The position numbers and the translations under genes are program-made. The notes beneath the pieces are model-generated. The model did no database searches and was not told the origin of the DNA. It saw nothing but the letters and a program-made list of their open reading frames with translations. Of a stretch of 52,734 nt of DNA, positions 24,076-32,962 are shown piece by piece. Source of the stretch: Nanobdellota archaeon (GTDB lineage: Archaea; Nanobdellota; Nanobdellia; Pacearchaeales; GW2011-AR1). The stretch spans positions 1 through 52,734 of the forward strand of contig JBBSYO010000020.1 of assembly GCA_038045185.1 (NCBI GenBank), written 5' to 3'. Position 1 is the stretch's first letter; every line of letters begins with the position of its first letter.

Positions 24076-25302
24076 ATGACAACATACGAACCAGACACAG
24101 TCAAAGGCTTTCCTGAATTCCTGCCCCCACAATCGCAAAAATACGCCGCAGTTCAGCACGCAGTAGAGCAACAATTCAAACTTCACGGATTTCTGCCTAT
24201 TAAAACTCCCACTGTAGAATTTGACGAGCTCATGCGACCCGACACACAAGGTCCAGAAGACGAAGCAGTTTCAAGCAGATTCAAATTGCAAGACCGTGGA
24301 GGCCGCAACCTCGGCCTGCGCTATGAGTTTACTTTTCAGCTCGCGCGCATATTCAAGCAGCACCCCAATATAAAGCTCCCCTTCAGGAGATACCAGATAG
24401 GCTCGGTCTTCCGCGACGAACCAACGAGTTCAGGCCGCTACAGAGAATTCGTCCAATGCGACGCAGACATCATCGGCGATGCCTCGCTTGAAGCAGACGC
24501 AGAATGTTTGGCTCTCTGGAGCGACATCATGAAATCACTCGGAATCAAAGCAGAAATACATGTCAATCATCGCAAACTGGCTAATGCCATCTTAGACAGC
24601 GTGCAAATAAGCCAGAAAGCTGAAGTCATGCACGAAATAGACAAGTTAGACAAGCTCGATGAAGATACAGTTAAAGCAAATCTAAAAAAATACGCAGACA
24701 CCAATCAGGTTCTGACGCTCTTCAAACTCCTTGAAAAAGATTTGGCATTTTTCGTGAGCAATATGTTTGACGGAGCAGATGACATAATAAAATTGCGCGA
24801 GCTGGGAAAAAAACATGGTTTTACGCTTGTATTTGACCCTCTGCTCGTGCGCGGTCTTTCTTACTACACAGGCATGGTTGTCGAGCTCAAGCACGCAGAA
24901 GGCAAACATTCATTAGCAGGCGGGGGACGTTACGACAAAAGCGTAGGGAAATTCCTCAATCGTGAAATTCCAGCAGTTGGCATTTCAGCAAGTGTCGAAC
25001 GTCTCGTTGAACACGCAACCATATCCCAACAAGGTCCGCGCGCGCTCGTCATTTCGATTGACCGCCACGCCGAAGCGCTTAAACTATCACGCACCCTAAG
25101 ACAGGCGCATATCTCTTGTCTCGTCTCAACGGATAAACCTGGCAAGTCACTCGAATATGCAAACAGCTATCAAATTCCCTACGCTATTTTTATCGGCTCA
25201 GAAGAAGCGAAGAAAAAGAAATTCAAACTCAAGAACATGCTTTCCGGCGATGAGCACGAATATACTGAGAAATCATTAATTAGAGCACTGCAAAAAGGTT
25301 AA
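24076..25302 (+). CDS. hisS: histidyl-tRNA synthetase
   Basis: GFPEFLP, motif 2 RYREFVQCDADIIG, motif 3 GGGRYD, and a C-terminal anticodon-binding domain. Confidence 0.9.
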   Translation: MTTYEPDTVKGFPEFLPPQSQKYAAVQHAVEQQFKLHGFLPIKTPTVEFDELMRPDTQGPEDEAVSSRFKLQDRGGRNLGLRYEFTFQLARIFKQHPNIKLPFRRYQIGSVFRDEPTSSGRYREFVQCDADIIGDASLEADAECLALWSDIMKSLGIKAEIHVNHRKLANAILDSVQISQKAEVMHEIDKLDKLDEDTVKANLKKYADTNQVLTLFKLLEKDLAFFVSNMFDGADDIIKLRELGKKHGFTLVFDPLLVRGLSYYTGMVVELKHAEGKHSLAGGGRYDKSVGKFLNREIPAVGISASVERLVEHATISQQGPRALVISIDRHAEALKLSRTLRQAHISCLVSTDKPGKSLEYANSYQIPYAIFIGSEEAKKKKFKLKNMLSGDEHEYTEKSLIRALQKG

Positions 25303-26321
25303 AACTCTTCGTCCTCGTTCACGCCTTCTTTCCTAACCGAAACGCTAAATCCTGCAGGCGCATCATCATCTAGCGATTCGCCAACAGCAGGTTCATTCAT
25401 GACCTTATCGGATTCATCCTGTGACTGCTCAGCATCGCGCATAAACTCCTCAACCTCCAAACGACGCCGTTCCAGATCGTCCACGTTCTTGCGTTCATAC
25501 AAATGTTTAAGCCAAACCCAAATTTCCTCAAAATGCCCTTCCTGCTCAAGCAAAACACGTTGCTGCATATCAAGATGCAGAAGTGCAGCAAAATCAAGGA
25601 TGCGTTCATGCCGCGTTCCTTCAGTCACAAAAGAAGAAAACGGCAAACGCTCATCGCGACCTTCAAACAAAACTAAAAGCTTCGCATGAATCTGTTTAAT
25701 GCGCTCATGCACATTCATCTTATGTTTAGGCAACGCAACCTCAATTTCCCACTCGTGCTGCTTCACCAGAATTTCTCGCTTGATGCGGCGATTTTCCGTC
25801 TTAATCGCCTTCCCCAAAGCAGACATAAGTTCTTCCAAAGTCACACGCCTAAAACGTGGCAGTGGCGTGCGGGGCACGAGCGCAGGCGGCTCGCCATCCA
25901 GCTCAATACGCTCTTGTACATACGGTTTGGCTTCTTCCTTAGTGCCAAATAAAATCTCATCAAGCGTCGGAATATCCTCATTCAATACAATCTCAGATTT
26001 AATTCGCAGCAACAAAGAAGCCGCCAACAGCACCTTAGAAGAAACAAAAAAGTTCGCCTCATCAAGTGCGCGCGCACGTTCCATAAACTTTGCGCTCAAC
26101 AAACACAAATCAATATTCCACGGATCAAGCTGCTCTGTATTAATAAGGTCGTAAATAATGCTCTGCCAGCTCAGTTTATCCTCAAATAACAGCTTGTGTA
26201 TCTGCTCCTGACCAACTTGTTCAATCGCACTAGTCTCAGTCATGCCAGCATTCAGAATGCTAAGTTTATATCCCTTGCCGCCTCTTCCCACCAGAGAGAA
26301 AAATCCTGTTCCCATTTGCAA
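25299..26321 (-). CDS. scpA: segregation and condensation protein A (kleisin ScpA-like) with acidic C-terminal tail
   Basis: QLDPWNIDLCLLSAKFMERARALDEANFFVSSKVLLAASLLLRIKS matches the ScpA N-terminal pattern. Confidence 0.7.
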   Translation of the reverse strand: MQMGTGFFSLVGRGGKGYKLSILNAGMTETSAIEQVGQEQIHKLLFEDKLSWQSIIYDLINTEQLDPWNIDLCLLSAKFMERARALDEANFFVSSKVLLAASLLLRIKSEIVLNEDIPTLDEILFGTKEEAKPYVQERIELDGEPPALVPRTPLPRFRRVTLEELMSALGKAIKTENRRIKREILVKQHEWEIEVALPKHKMNVHERIKQIHAKLLVLFEGRDERLPFSSFVTEGTRHERILDFAALLHLDMQQRVLLEQEGHFEEIWVWLKHLYERKNVDDLERRRLEVEEFMRDAEQSQDESDKVMNEPAVGESLDDDAPAGFSVSVRKEGVNEDEEF

Positions 26322-26370
26322 GTTACGACAGAAACGAAAGATTTATATACTTCAATAAGTTCGTATTATT

Positions 26371-26539
26371 AATCACCTCTTTTTCCCAGGAGAGGACGTT
26401 TCATCCATCTTCTTGAAGGGTGAAGCCTCCTCTCTTCGGGTTTGAACAACTATAGAGTTTAAGGAAATCGTTCTTCAAGACCTTCCAAGAAAGTCCTCGC
26501 AGAGGCAGGAAGGCATATCCGAACGAAGGAAGAGGTGAT
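26371..26539. ncRNA. candidate structured small RNA (family and strand unresolved)
   Basis: 10-bp terminal helix ATCACCTCTT/AAGAGGTGAT. Nested hairpin CGTTC..CCTTCC..CCTC-gca-GAGG..GGAAGG..GAACG. TATA boxes lie at the appropriate distance on both sides. No ORF. Confidence 0.4.
26470..26539. repeat. 70-bp direct repeat, left copy (part of the candidate RNA)
   Basis: Identical 70/70 to 27380-27449 by direct comparison. Confidence 0.9.
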
Positions 26540-26545
26540 AAACCA

Positions 26546-26926
26546 CTAATCTTTTTTCAAATCAATAACTTTGAACCCAAACTTTTCATAGACCTTATCA
26601 GAGCTTATTATTTCATTTTCCTTAGCAAACGCCATGAGCAATGCGTCAAAAATACTAGCCCCTTGCTCAATATATTCAGTAGCTTTAAAGAACAATTCCC
26701 ACTTGATAAAATCTAACGCCGCAATCCTAGATATTTGAAATAGGGTCTCTTTCAATGGGATGCCTTCCCTAGTACAAACAATCATTAATTCAATAAGGGT
26801 AAATGGAGTTATGTAGATTTCCCCTTTATTTTTTTCATAGATTTTTTTAGCTTTTTCTTTTAGCCAGTCAGAATTCTTTAACAAAGCCAAGAAAAAGTCG
26901 GAATCAGCGTATTTTTTTGAATGCAT
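26546..26926 (-). CDS. vapC: PIN-domain toxin VapC
   Basis: 126 aa with an ADSDFFLALL N-terminal strand. Overlaps the upstream AbrB-type antitoxin gene. Confidence 0.75.
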   Translation of the reverse strand: MHSKKYADSDFFLALLKNSDWLKEKAKKIYEKNKGEIYITPFTLIELMIVCTREGIPLKETLFQISRIAALDFIKWELFFKATEYIEQGASIFDALLMAFAKENEIISSDKVYEKFGFKVIDLKKD

Positions 26927-27161
26927 TCTTCTCTATCTCCTCCCTAACTTCTTCCTTTAGCCTTCTAATAGTTTTCTTCTTTAGCCTATCTCCTCCAAGT
27001 TTTCCTAGGGCTTCAATAGGGTCATCTTCAATAGGTTCAATAGAGAGACCTCTATCGGAAGTCTTTAATATTAATGTTTTGAACTGCAAAAGTTCCCTTA
27101 TCTCTTCAGGAATATACAGCCTCCCTTGTTTATCAAAATAAACTATTTTCTCCATAAACAC
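26904..27161 (-). CDS. vapB: AbrB/SpoVT-type antitoxin VapB
   Basis: KIVYFDKQGRLYIPEEIRELL is typical of the AbrB swapped-hairpin fold. Confidence 0.7.
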   Translation of the reverse strand: MFMEKIVYFDKQGRLYIPEEIRELLQFKTLILKTSDRGLSIEPIEDDPIEALGKLGGDRLKKKTIRRLKEEVREEIEKNAFKKIR

Positions 27162-27215
27162 TAAATATTACCATTATTTATAAACTTTTCCATTTATCGT
27201 GATAAATACCATTTT

Positions 27216-27345
27216 ATTAGAATTTTTGGGTTGAATACCCCACAGCTTGCTGTGGAGTGAAAATTCTAATTAGAAAATCGTGAATCAGAAATTTCCGAAT
27301 ACCGCGGAGCTTGCTCCGGTTCGGTAGGAAATTTCAACGATTTTC
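27216..27345 (+). repeat. 130-bp double-hairpin element, copy 1
   Basis: Two long imperfect hairpins, each with an AGCTTGCT apex. Matches the reverse complement of 39561-39690 with 4 mismatches. Confidence 0.9.
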
Positions 27346-27379
27346 TTTATCTTCTCGGGTTTAAAATCAGGAGTTGGGG

Positions 27380-27449
27380 GTTCTTCAAGACCTTCCAAGA
27401 AAGTCCTCGCAGAGGCAGGAAGGCATATCCGAACGAAGGAAGAGGTGAT
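27380..27449. repeat. 70-bp direct repeat, right copy
   Basis: Identical to 26470-26539. Confidence 0.9.
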
Positions 27450-27501
27450 GATTATTTTACTAACCAACAATTTATAAAGAAAACGCTTTTAACAACTGCA
27501 A

Positions 27502-27864
27502 ATGAAAGCACGAATCTGGGGCGCCCTCATAGGGTTGATATTCTCGCTCATAATAACGAGTTTTAGCCTGATTCGCATAATCCCCGGAAAACTCTCCCTT
27601 CTCATCACGCCCCTAGCAACCATCTTTACTTTCCCAGCCACAATCCTATCAAGATTTATCTTCGGTACACTATTAAGGCAACAAACTTACTCAAATATAT
27701 TATGGATGCGCTGGCCCTGGGGACTAATACTTATAGCCATAGTGTGGATTTTGATTGGATGGGTCGCAGGAGCAGTAATAGATTTCATAAGGAAGAAACC
27801 CGTAACATTATATCCTACAGCTCAAGCAAAGGAATTTGATAGGTTCATAGAAACAGAACAGTAA
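27502..27864 (+). CDS. integral membrane protein (about 3-4 TM)
   Basis: Hydrophobic segments throughout; no motif recognised. Confidence 0.5.
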   Translation: MKARIWGALIGLIFSLIITSFSLIRIIPGKLSLLITPLATIFTFPATILSRFIFGTLLRQQTYSNILWMRWPWGLILIAIVWILIGWVAGAVIDFIRKKPVTLYPTAQAKEFDRFIETEQ

Positions 27865-27886
27865 TTAAGCGAAAAACGAACAATCA

Positions 27887-28096
27887 CTACTTCTTCTCAA
27901 ATTCAGTATAATTGCATTTCCCGCAATGCAACCGACCTTTGTGCTGTGCCAAGAAAACACCAGCCCCACAACGCGGGCAACTGGCTCCTCGCGTAACTTT
28001 AGTCCCATCAACTTTGTAATGCTTATACTTCTTGCTTGTTGGCTTATTCTTATGCGGCTTCTTGCCCTTCTTTACTACTTTCTTTTCGTCTGCCAT
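27887..28096 (-). CDS. rps27ae: ribosomal protein eS31 (S27ae)
   Basis: Zinc ribbon [22 protein letters not shown] with a lysine-rich N-terminus. Confidence 0.9.
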   Translation of the reverse strand: MADEKKVVKKGKKPHKNKPTSKKYKHYKVDGTKVTRGASCPRCGAGVFLAQHKGRLHCGKCNYTEFEKK

Positions 28097-28362
28097 TATG
28101 ATATTGCCTTCTTCGCCTTAACGCGGGGTTCAATCTGCTGCTTTAATTCAGGAGAGTCGTACACAAACGTCTCAATAGTAAAATGATGCGAACCGTAATG
28201 ACTGCCAATCTTTTTTACTGCTACTTGCTCAGGAGCTACCTTGAAATGTGAAGCAACCAGCTCAAGCACGTGCGCGTGTGCCGGAGATGATGTCTGCTCA
28301 AGATTTAGAACAATTTCACGCCTCTTCAGCAACTTATTCATATGTTCATTTAAGATGTTCAT
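28096..28362 (-). CDS. rps24e: ribosomal protein eS24
   Basis: NKLLKRREI...[18 protein letters not shown]...FVYDS pattern. Conserved S24e-S27ae gene order. Confidence 0.85.
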   Translation of the reverse strand: MNILNEHMNKLLKRREIVLNLEQTSSPAHAHVLELVASHFKVAPEQVAVKKIGSHYGSHHFTIETFVYDSPELKQQIEPRVKAKKAIS

Positions 28363-28544
28363 CGCAACCTCACTGCAAAAAGTCCTTTCTTAGGCAAGGA
28401 TAACTTCTTTGAAATCTCAGACTGTTCAGGATTCAAAACAATAATTTTCCCCTTAAAACTATCCAGATGCTCAGTCGAACCACACTCAAGACACTTCGAA
28501 CCTTCAAACAACGCCCGGCACTGCCGGCATGCTTTCATTGCCAT
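28359..28544 (-). CDS. spt4: transcription elongation factor Spt4 (RpoE'')
   Basis: CRQC...CLEC zinc ribbon in 61 aa. Located between rpoE' and rps24e, as in many archaea. Confidence 0.85.
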   Translation of the reverse strand: MAMKACRQCRALFEGSKCLECGSTEHLDSFKGKIIVLNPEQSEISKKLSLPKKGLFAVRLR

Positions 28545-29146
28545 TATTTCTTGCCCCCTTTCTTTGATTTCTTCCCAGCATCTTTCGAACCTTCTTTCTT
28601 AACACGTTCACTCTTCTTGCGCTGTTCATCTAACCATTCAATTTTACCCAGCCCCGGCTGTCTCATAGTCAACCCGATTTTAGGATCTCCCATCTTGTAA
28701 CTAATTGCTACAACTCGGGCTAAACATTTATCTCCCACAGAAATTACGCGTTTCGAATTCTTGCCCGCAAGAGTGCCGGTCTTGCTCAAAGAAACGTAAT
28801 CATCCATAGTTTGTGAAATATGAATCATACCGCGCGCAGGCCCAACACGGATAAATGCGCCAAAATTTGTAATCTCTTCAATAGTGCCATATGTTAATTC
28901 ATGCAAATCCGGTCTCCAGACCAATACAGTAAAGCGCGACTTATAATACGTTGCGCCGTCTCCAGGAATAATAACTCCGTCTCCAACAAAATCAACGCCC
29001 ACGACGCTCATCACAAACCCAATTTCCTTGCTTACCTTATCAACGTAAGTTTCATTGAGCTGCTTTTCTACAGCTTCGCGCGTTTCCAAACCAAAGAGGC
29101 GCGGCTCGACCCGCACGTAATCTTCAATGTGAGCCAAATAGAACAT
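28544..29146 (-). CDS. rpoE: DNA-directed RNA polymerase subunit E' (Rpo7) with S1 domain and lysine-rich tail
   Basis: MFYLAHIEDYVRVEPRLFG N-terminus plus an S1 fold (GTIEEITNFGAFIRVGP). Confidence 0.9.
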   Translation of the reverse strand: MFYLAHIEDYVRVEPRLFGLETREAVEKQLNETYVDKVSKEIGFVMSVVGVDFVGDGVIIPGDGATYYKSRFTVLVWRPDLHELTYGTIEEITNFGAFIRVGPARGMIHISQTMDDYVSLSKTGTLAGKNSKRVISVGDKCLARVVAISYKMGDPKIGLTMRQPGLGKIEWLDEQRKKSERVKKEGSKDAGKKSKKGGKK

Positions 29147-29170
29147 ATCTTCTAGTGAAAAAGATGGTTT

Positions 29171-29557
29171 TTAAAGCTTTTCAAACCCACCAGACTCTGG
29201 TCCAACGCGTTTTTGGGCATCAAAAATTACCACTCGGTTCGGCACTCGTCTTTTAATCTCGCGGTCAAGACTTGCGATGTACGCTCCCTGCTTGCCTTTT
29301 TTAATAAGAAAATCATCCACCTTACCGGCACCAAATGAGATGTGCTTCAATTTAGTCCGCGCAAAGAACGCAAGAGCTAAATCAATAGCCACCCTATCAT
29401 CATGTGATGACTTATCACCTCTGCGCAAATCCTTCAATTCCTGCACAACCTCGCGTGGAATAAGCACCTTAAAGCCCTGCTCTTCAAGCTGCCCCGTAAA
29501 ATCAATATTCTTCTTAAAACAAGATACAATAAAATTAGAATCTACAATCACTTCCAT
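29171..29557 (-). CDS. PIN-domain protein of the Fcf1-like type found upstream of rpoE'
   Basis: MEVIVDSNFIV... start chosen at 29557; VLIPREVVQELKDL. Position is conserved in the archaeal rpoE' cluster. Confidence 0.55.
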   Translation of the reverse strand: MEVIVDSNFIVSCFKKNIDFTGQLEEQGFKVLIPREVVQELKDLRRGDKSSHDDRVAIDLALAFFARTKLKHISFGAGKVDDFLIKKGKQGAYIASLDREIKRRVPNRVVIFDAQKRVGPESGGFEKL

Positions 29558-29631
29558 GTCAACTCGAAACACGCTTACTATATAAGACTTACGAAAATAA
29601 CGTTTATATAGCAAACAACCTTATAGAAAAA

Positions 29632-30210
29632 ATGGTGATTGCTGAAGATAAAAAAGAAATGCAGCACATTGCCTCTGTCCTGCGGCAGACAAAGCGTGCG
29701 CTAAAAGAAGCTGATGCACTAAGCCTGCAACAACTTTCAGACCAGACAATACACTCCGCAACTATACAACAGCACACTGATTTCATTACCCTCGCTGTCC
29801 TAATTTACGCGCTGAACAAAATGGTCGCGCGTCATGATAAAATAAAGATAAAACGCTGGGACTCGCTTGTTAACAAAATCTCGAACGAGATAGACAAGTC
29901 GCTCGCAGAACTCGAAAGGCGTGACGTAGAAGAATTCGCACGGCATTTGGAGCACATCAAAGACCTGCTCATAGATTTCTCTCCAAGCGCAAAACAGGAC
30001 ATACAAGAAGTCTTAAGAAAAGCAGCAGTTAACAAAGCAACGCGCATTTACGAGCATGGAATTTCACTGCATCAAACCGCACATCTGCTCGGCATCACCC
30101 AATGGGAACTCGCGGATTACATCGGACAGCGTAGCATCTTCGACAACCCTTTTAACGCAACCATTGATGTCAAAAAAAGAGCCAAGATGGCAGAGGATTT
30201 CTTAAGATGA
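29632..30210 (+). CDS. UPF0175-like HTH protein (enlarged)
   Basis: C-terminal ISLHQTAHLLGITQWELADYIG resembles the UPF0175 antitoxin-like HTH. 4-nt overlap with the downstream PIN-like gene. Confidence 0.45.
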   Translation: MVIAEDKKEMQHIASVLRQTKRALKEADALSLQQLSDQTIHSATIQQHTDFITLAVLIYALNKMVARHDKIKIKRWDSLVNKISNEIDKSLAELERRDVEEFARHLEHIKDLLIDFSPSAKQDIQEVLRKAAVNKATRIYEHGISLHQTAHLLGITQWELADYIGQRSIFDNPFNATIDVKKRAKMAEDFLR

Positions 30211-30878
30211 AAGCATTGATTTTTGACTCAGGTCCGCTCATCAACTTCACACTCAATGGTCTGCTGCCTGTGCTGGAACAAATGAAAAAGCGCAACCAGA
30301 TAAAATTCCTAATCACGACAGAAGTCAAGCGCGAGATTTACGACCATCCTGTCACTATAAAACAATTCGAACTTGGCGCGTTGCGCATGCGAGACCTGCT
30401 CGATCGCAGCGTGCTGGAAACCCCTGAAAGTCTCGGCATCAGCTCAGAATTAGTCACGCAACAAACCAGAGAACTTACTGACAAAGCAAACCACTCACTT
30501 CAAGCAGATGGGCAATGGATACCATTAGTGAGCGAAGCTGAAATGTCCTGTTTCGCTTTAGCCAACATCCTAAAAGAAAAGAGAATAGAAAGCATGATGG
30601 CTGTCGATGAGCGCACCGCGCGCATGCTCGCAGAAAAACCCGAAAGTCTCGCCAAACTCATGGCGCAAAAACTTCACAGAAATGTCAAACTAATCATCAG
30701 ACTAAAAGAACTTAAGGACATGAAATGTGTCCGTTCATCAGAACTTCTCTATGTTGCTTACAAACAGGGTCTCTTCATTCTCAAAGACCCTCGCACGCTC
30801 GAATCCTTGCTCTACGCCTCAAAATTCAAAGGCTCGTCAATCTCCTGGGACGAGATTGAACAATTAAAGAAACTTTAG
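30207..30878 (+). CDS. PIN-like (DUF3368/COG2405-type) nucleic-acid-binding protein
   Basis: IFDSGPLINF..., SEAEMSCFALA...MMAVDERTAR, and the C-terminal VRSSELLYVAYKQG pattern. Confidence 0.5.
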   Translation: MKALIFDSGPLINFTLNGLLPVLEQMKKRNQIKFLITTEVKREIYDHPVTIKQFELGALRMRDLLDRSVLETPESLGISSELVTQQTRELTDKANHSLQADGQWIPLVSEAEMSCFALANILKEKRIESMMAVDERTARMLAEKPESLAKLMAQKLHRNVKLIIRLKELKDMKCVRSSELLYVAYKQGLFILKDPRTLESLLYASKFKGSSISWDEIEQLKKL

Positions 30879-31348
30879 CGTTGGCAAAGTCTTATCTTTA
30901 CGCGCCCAAGTGCGTCAATATACGCTCTCGGGCGATGATTCGCCGCCGCCCAGTTTACTCGCGTATGAGTGCCTTGGCTGTCATCAATTCTGGCTATTCG
31001 CGAGCCGTATTCAATGGCGAGAGAAGTATCTTGAGCAGGATTTAAACTAAGCTCCTTAAACGCATCCCCTAACCTTGGATAAAAATTAGCAGGCACAGTA
31101 TATGGCGAAACTATATCAAAAATATGCTCATAAATCTGACCAGAACGCCTTCGGTTTCTGCTCTTCTCAATAGTTAAACCAATTGACCCACTAACCTTGC
31201 TTGAGAGGTCTAAACTTGCAAGTTCCTCAAGGAGGGCTGCTAACTTTCTGCGGGCAGGCTTAGCGAGAGGCGGTTCTGCAACAGTTCCTTTAGAGATTCC
31301 TCTAAGAAAAACATTCACAAGAGTCTCTCGTCCAGACATAACTATCAT
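30875..31348 (-). CDS. hypothetical protein (157 aa)
   Basis: ORF only. Confidence 0.35.
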   Translation of the reverse strand: MIVMSGRETLVNVFLRGISKGTVAEPPLAKPARRKLAALLEELASLDLSSKVSGSIGLTIEKSRNRRRSGQIYEHIFDIVSPYTVPANFYPRLGDAFKELSLNPAQDTSLAIEYGSRIARIDDSQGTHTRVNWAAANHRPRAYIDALGRVKIRLCQR

Positions 31349-31467
31349 ATTTTTGCATCAAAACAGAGATATTTAAATCTTCCCGTTTGCAACTATTAAA
31401 AAGAAACAACATACCGAAGAATTTTGAAACGCGTAAGTATTAAAAACCATCAAAAACACAAAACAAC

Positions 31468-31758
31468 ATGAGAAATTTAAGCGATATTTTATCGGACGAA
31501 CAGGATATTAGAACAAAATATGAAGAGCGGTTAAGAAACGTATTTCCTTCCGTTAGAAAAGTAGTTTCTGGAGCGACAGGAATTATTGCTTCCGTTATAG
31601 CCGCATATCCCCAAGATGCAGGAAGAACATTGATTATAGGAATAGCAGGACTTGCAGGCGCATATACTTCTGTCAGAATTGCCGCAGGCTATGTGTACGA
31701 CCTACTCGCTTCAAGAGAGATTAGAAAATTCCGCGTGCGCGAGGGCTTCGAAGAATAA
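31468..31758 (+). CDS. hypothetical membrane protein (96 aa)
   Basis: Two hydrophobic G/A/I-rich segments. Confidence 0.4.
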   Translation: MRNLSDILSDEQDIRTKYEERLRNVFPSVRKVVSGATGIIASVIAAYPQDAGRTLIIGIAGLAGAYTSVRIAAGYVYDLLASREIRKFRVREGFEE

Positions 31759-31759
31759 A

Positions 31760-31831
31760 TGGACCTGGAGGGAATCGAACCCCCATCTTCTGGGCTGGAG
31801 CCAGAAATCCTAGCCATTGAACGACAGATCC
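31760..31831 (-). tRNA. tRNA-Trp (CCA)
   Basis: Minus strand GGATCTG...TCTGG-CTCCAGC-CCAGA...GGGGG-TTCGATT-CCCTC-CAGGTCC-A. All four arms fold. Confidence 0.85.
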
Positions 31832-31995
31832 GTTATTTCTGGAATCTTCTGCAACTCGAAGTCCGATAACACAACTATCTTATTTTCACCCATTAAAAAA
31901 GTATCCTTTCTTGTTCTTGAAGCACGCCGTTTAGCCCAGTAAAACAAATGAGCGATTGAAGCAACCTTTATAAGTCACAACCTCCTATTTAAAAC

Positions 31996-32406
31996 ATGCA
32001 TAAAAAAGAGGATAAGCACGAGCATCACGCCGCTCACACGCAACATACTCCGCAGACAAGTCATCAGCTAGAGGAAAGACTTATCGATAATCTCGTCCAG
32101 CTACAAAGAGTCCATACCGACCTTGCAGACAAATTCGACAAACTCTCAAAACAAATAGCAGATCTTGTAGGCTTGTTCGAGCTCTCCGCCCGCGCATTCG
32201 CCAAACAGGTCAATATTCCTGGCGCAGAAAAAGACCGTGAATTCCTCGACAAGATAGACAAGCTCTTGGAACAAAATAAGACCATTGCAAAAGGCTTAAC
32301 GCTTGTAGAAGAAAAGATGCGTGAACGTCTCTATGGCACGCCAACACATGCACTCGGCTCACGACCGCAATACGCTCCAGACGCGCGCCCTCTGCCGCGC
32401 ATATAA
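31996..32406 (+). CDS. hypothetical coiled-coil protein (136 aa)
   Basis: ORF with aacctttataag TATA about 25 nt upstream. Confidence 0.4.
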   Translation: MHKKEDKHEHHAAHTQHTPQTSHQLEERLIDNLVQLQRVHTDLADKFDKLSKQIADLVGLFELSARAFAKQVNIPGAEKDREFLDKIDKLLEQNKTIAKGLTLVEEKMRERLYGTPTHALGSRPQYAPDARPLPRI

Positions 32407-32408
32407 GC

Positions 32409-32957
32409 ATGGATGCGCCATATTCTGAAATCAGACAGCAATTTCTCCTTCAATTCACGCGTACGCTCATAGAAACGCTTGCAGCCCAGCAACAAGAAAA
32501 AACAATCATCGCGCCAGAAGAAATCCTTCAGCCAGTACAGATTACAAATAAAACATTTCTGCCCTCACAAACACATCCACAACTTTATTCCACTATCCAA
32601 CCTTCAATGTCACAAACATCACATAGCCCGCCAAAAAGTCCATCCGCCCCATTAGCAAGCGCGACACCACTCAAGATGCTCCTCGAAGACAGCAGTATAA
32701 ATGCTATCGAGTGTCAGGGACCAGCTAAACAGCTCGTGCTAAGAAAACAAGGGGCAACAATGCTTAGTTCAGTCACGCTATCCGAATCAGATATCCAGAA
32801 ACAAATAGAACAATGGTCGAACACCACAGACACGCCAATCTCCAACGGAGTGCTCAGAGCGGACAATGAAAACCTAACAATAACTGCAGTAATCTCCGAA
32901 TTAATCGGCAGCAGATTTATTGTGATACGAAAGCCGCACTCCGCACACGTAAGATAA
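32409..32957 (+). CDS. stand-alone N-terminal domain of a FlaI/PilB/VirB11-type secretion ATPase (no ATPase domain)
   Basis: LLEDSSINAIECQGPAKQLVLRKQG...LSESDIQKQIEQ...ITAVISELIGSRFIVIRK parallels the T2SSE N-domain up to the IRK motif. The ORF stops 9 codons later. Confidence 0.35.
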   Translation: MDAPYSEIRQQFLLQFTRTLIETLAAQQQEKTIIAPEEILQPVQITNKTFLPSQTHPQLYSTIQPSMSQTSHSPPKSPSAPLASATPLKMLLEDSSINAIECQGPAKQLVLRKQGATMLSSVTLSESDIQKQIEQWSNTTDTPISNGVLRADNENLTITAVISELIGSRFIVIRKPHSAHVR

Positions 32958-32962
32958 GTGCA

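Noticed and set aside
26371-26539. Assignment of the structured RNA candidate to RNase P RNA (GAAAGTCC...GCAGG) or 5S rRNA (TCCGAAC..GGAAG)
   Set aside because: The matches are limited to 8-10 nt. The motif sits at the wrong end for RNase P P4, the length (169 nt) and helices do not fit either family, and the P4 3' strand and 5S loops A/E were not found.
27285-27470. 61-aa ORF on the minus strand
   Set aside because: It is composed entirely of the 130-bp hairpin element and the right 70-bp direct repeat, so it is an accidental open frame.
29558-29614. First 19 codons of ORF 29171-29614
   Set aside because: The PIN N-terminal strand starts at MEVIVDSNF. The upstream codons overlap the divergent promoter region.
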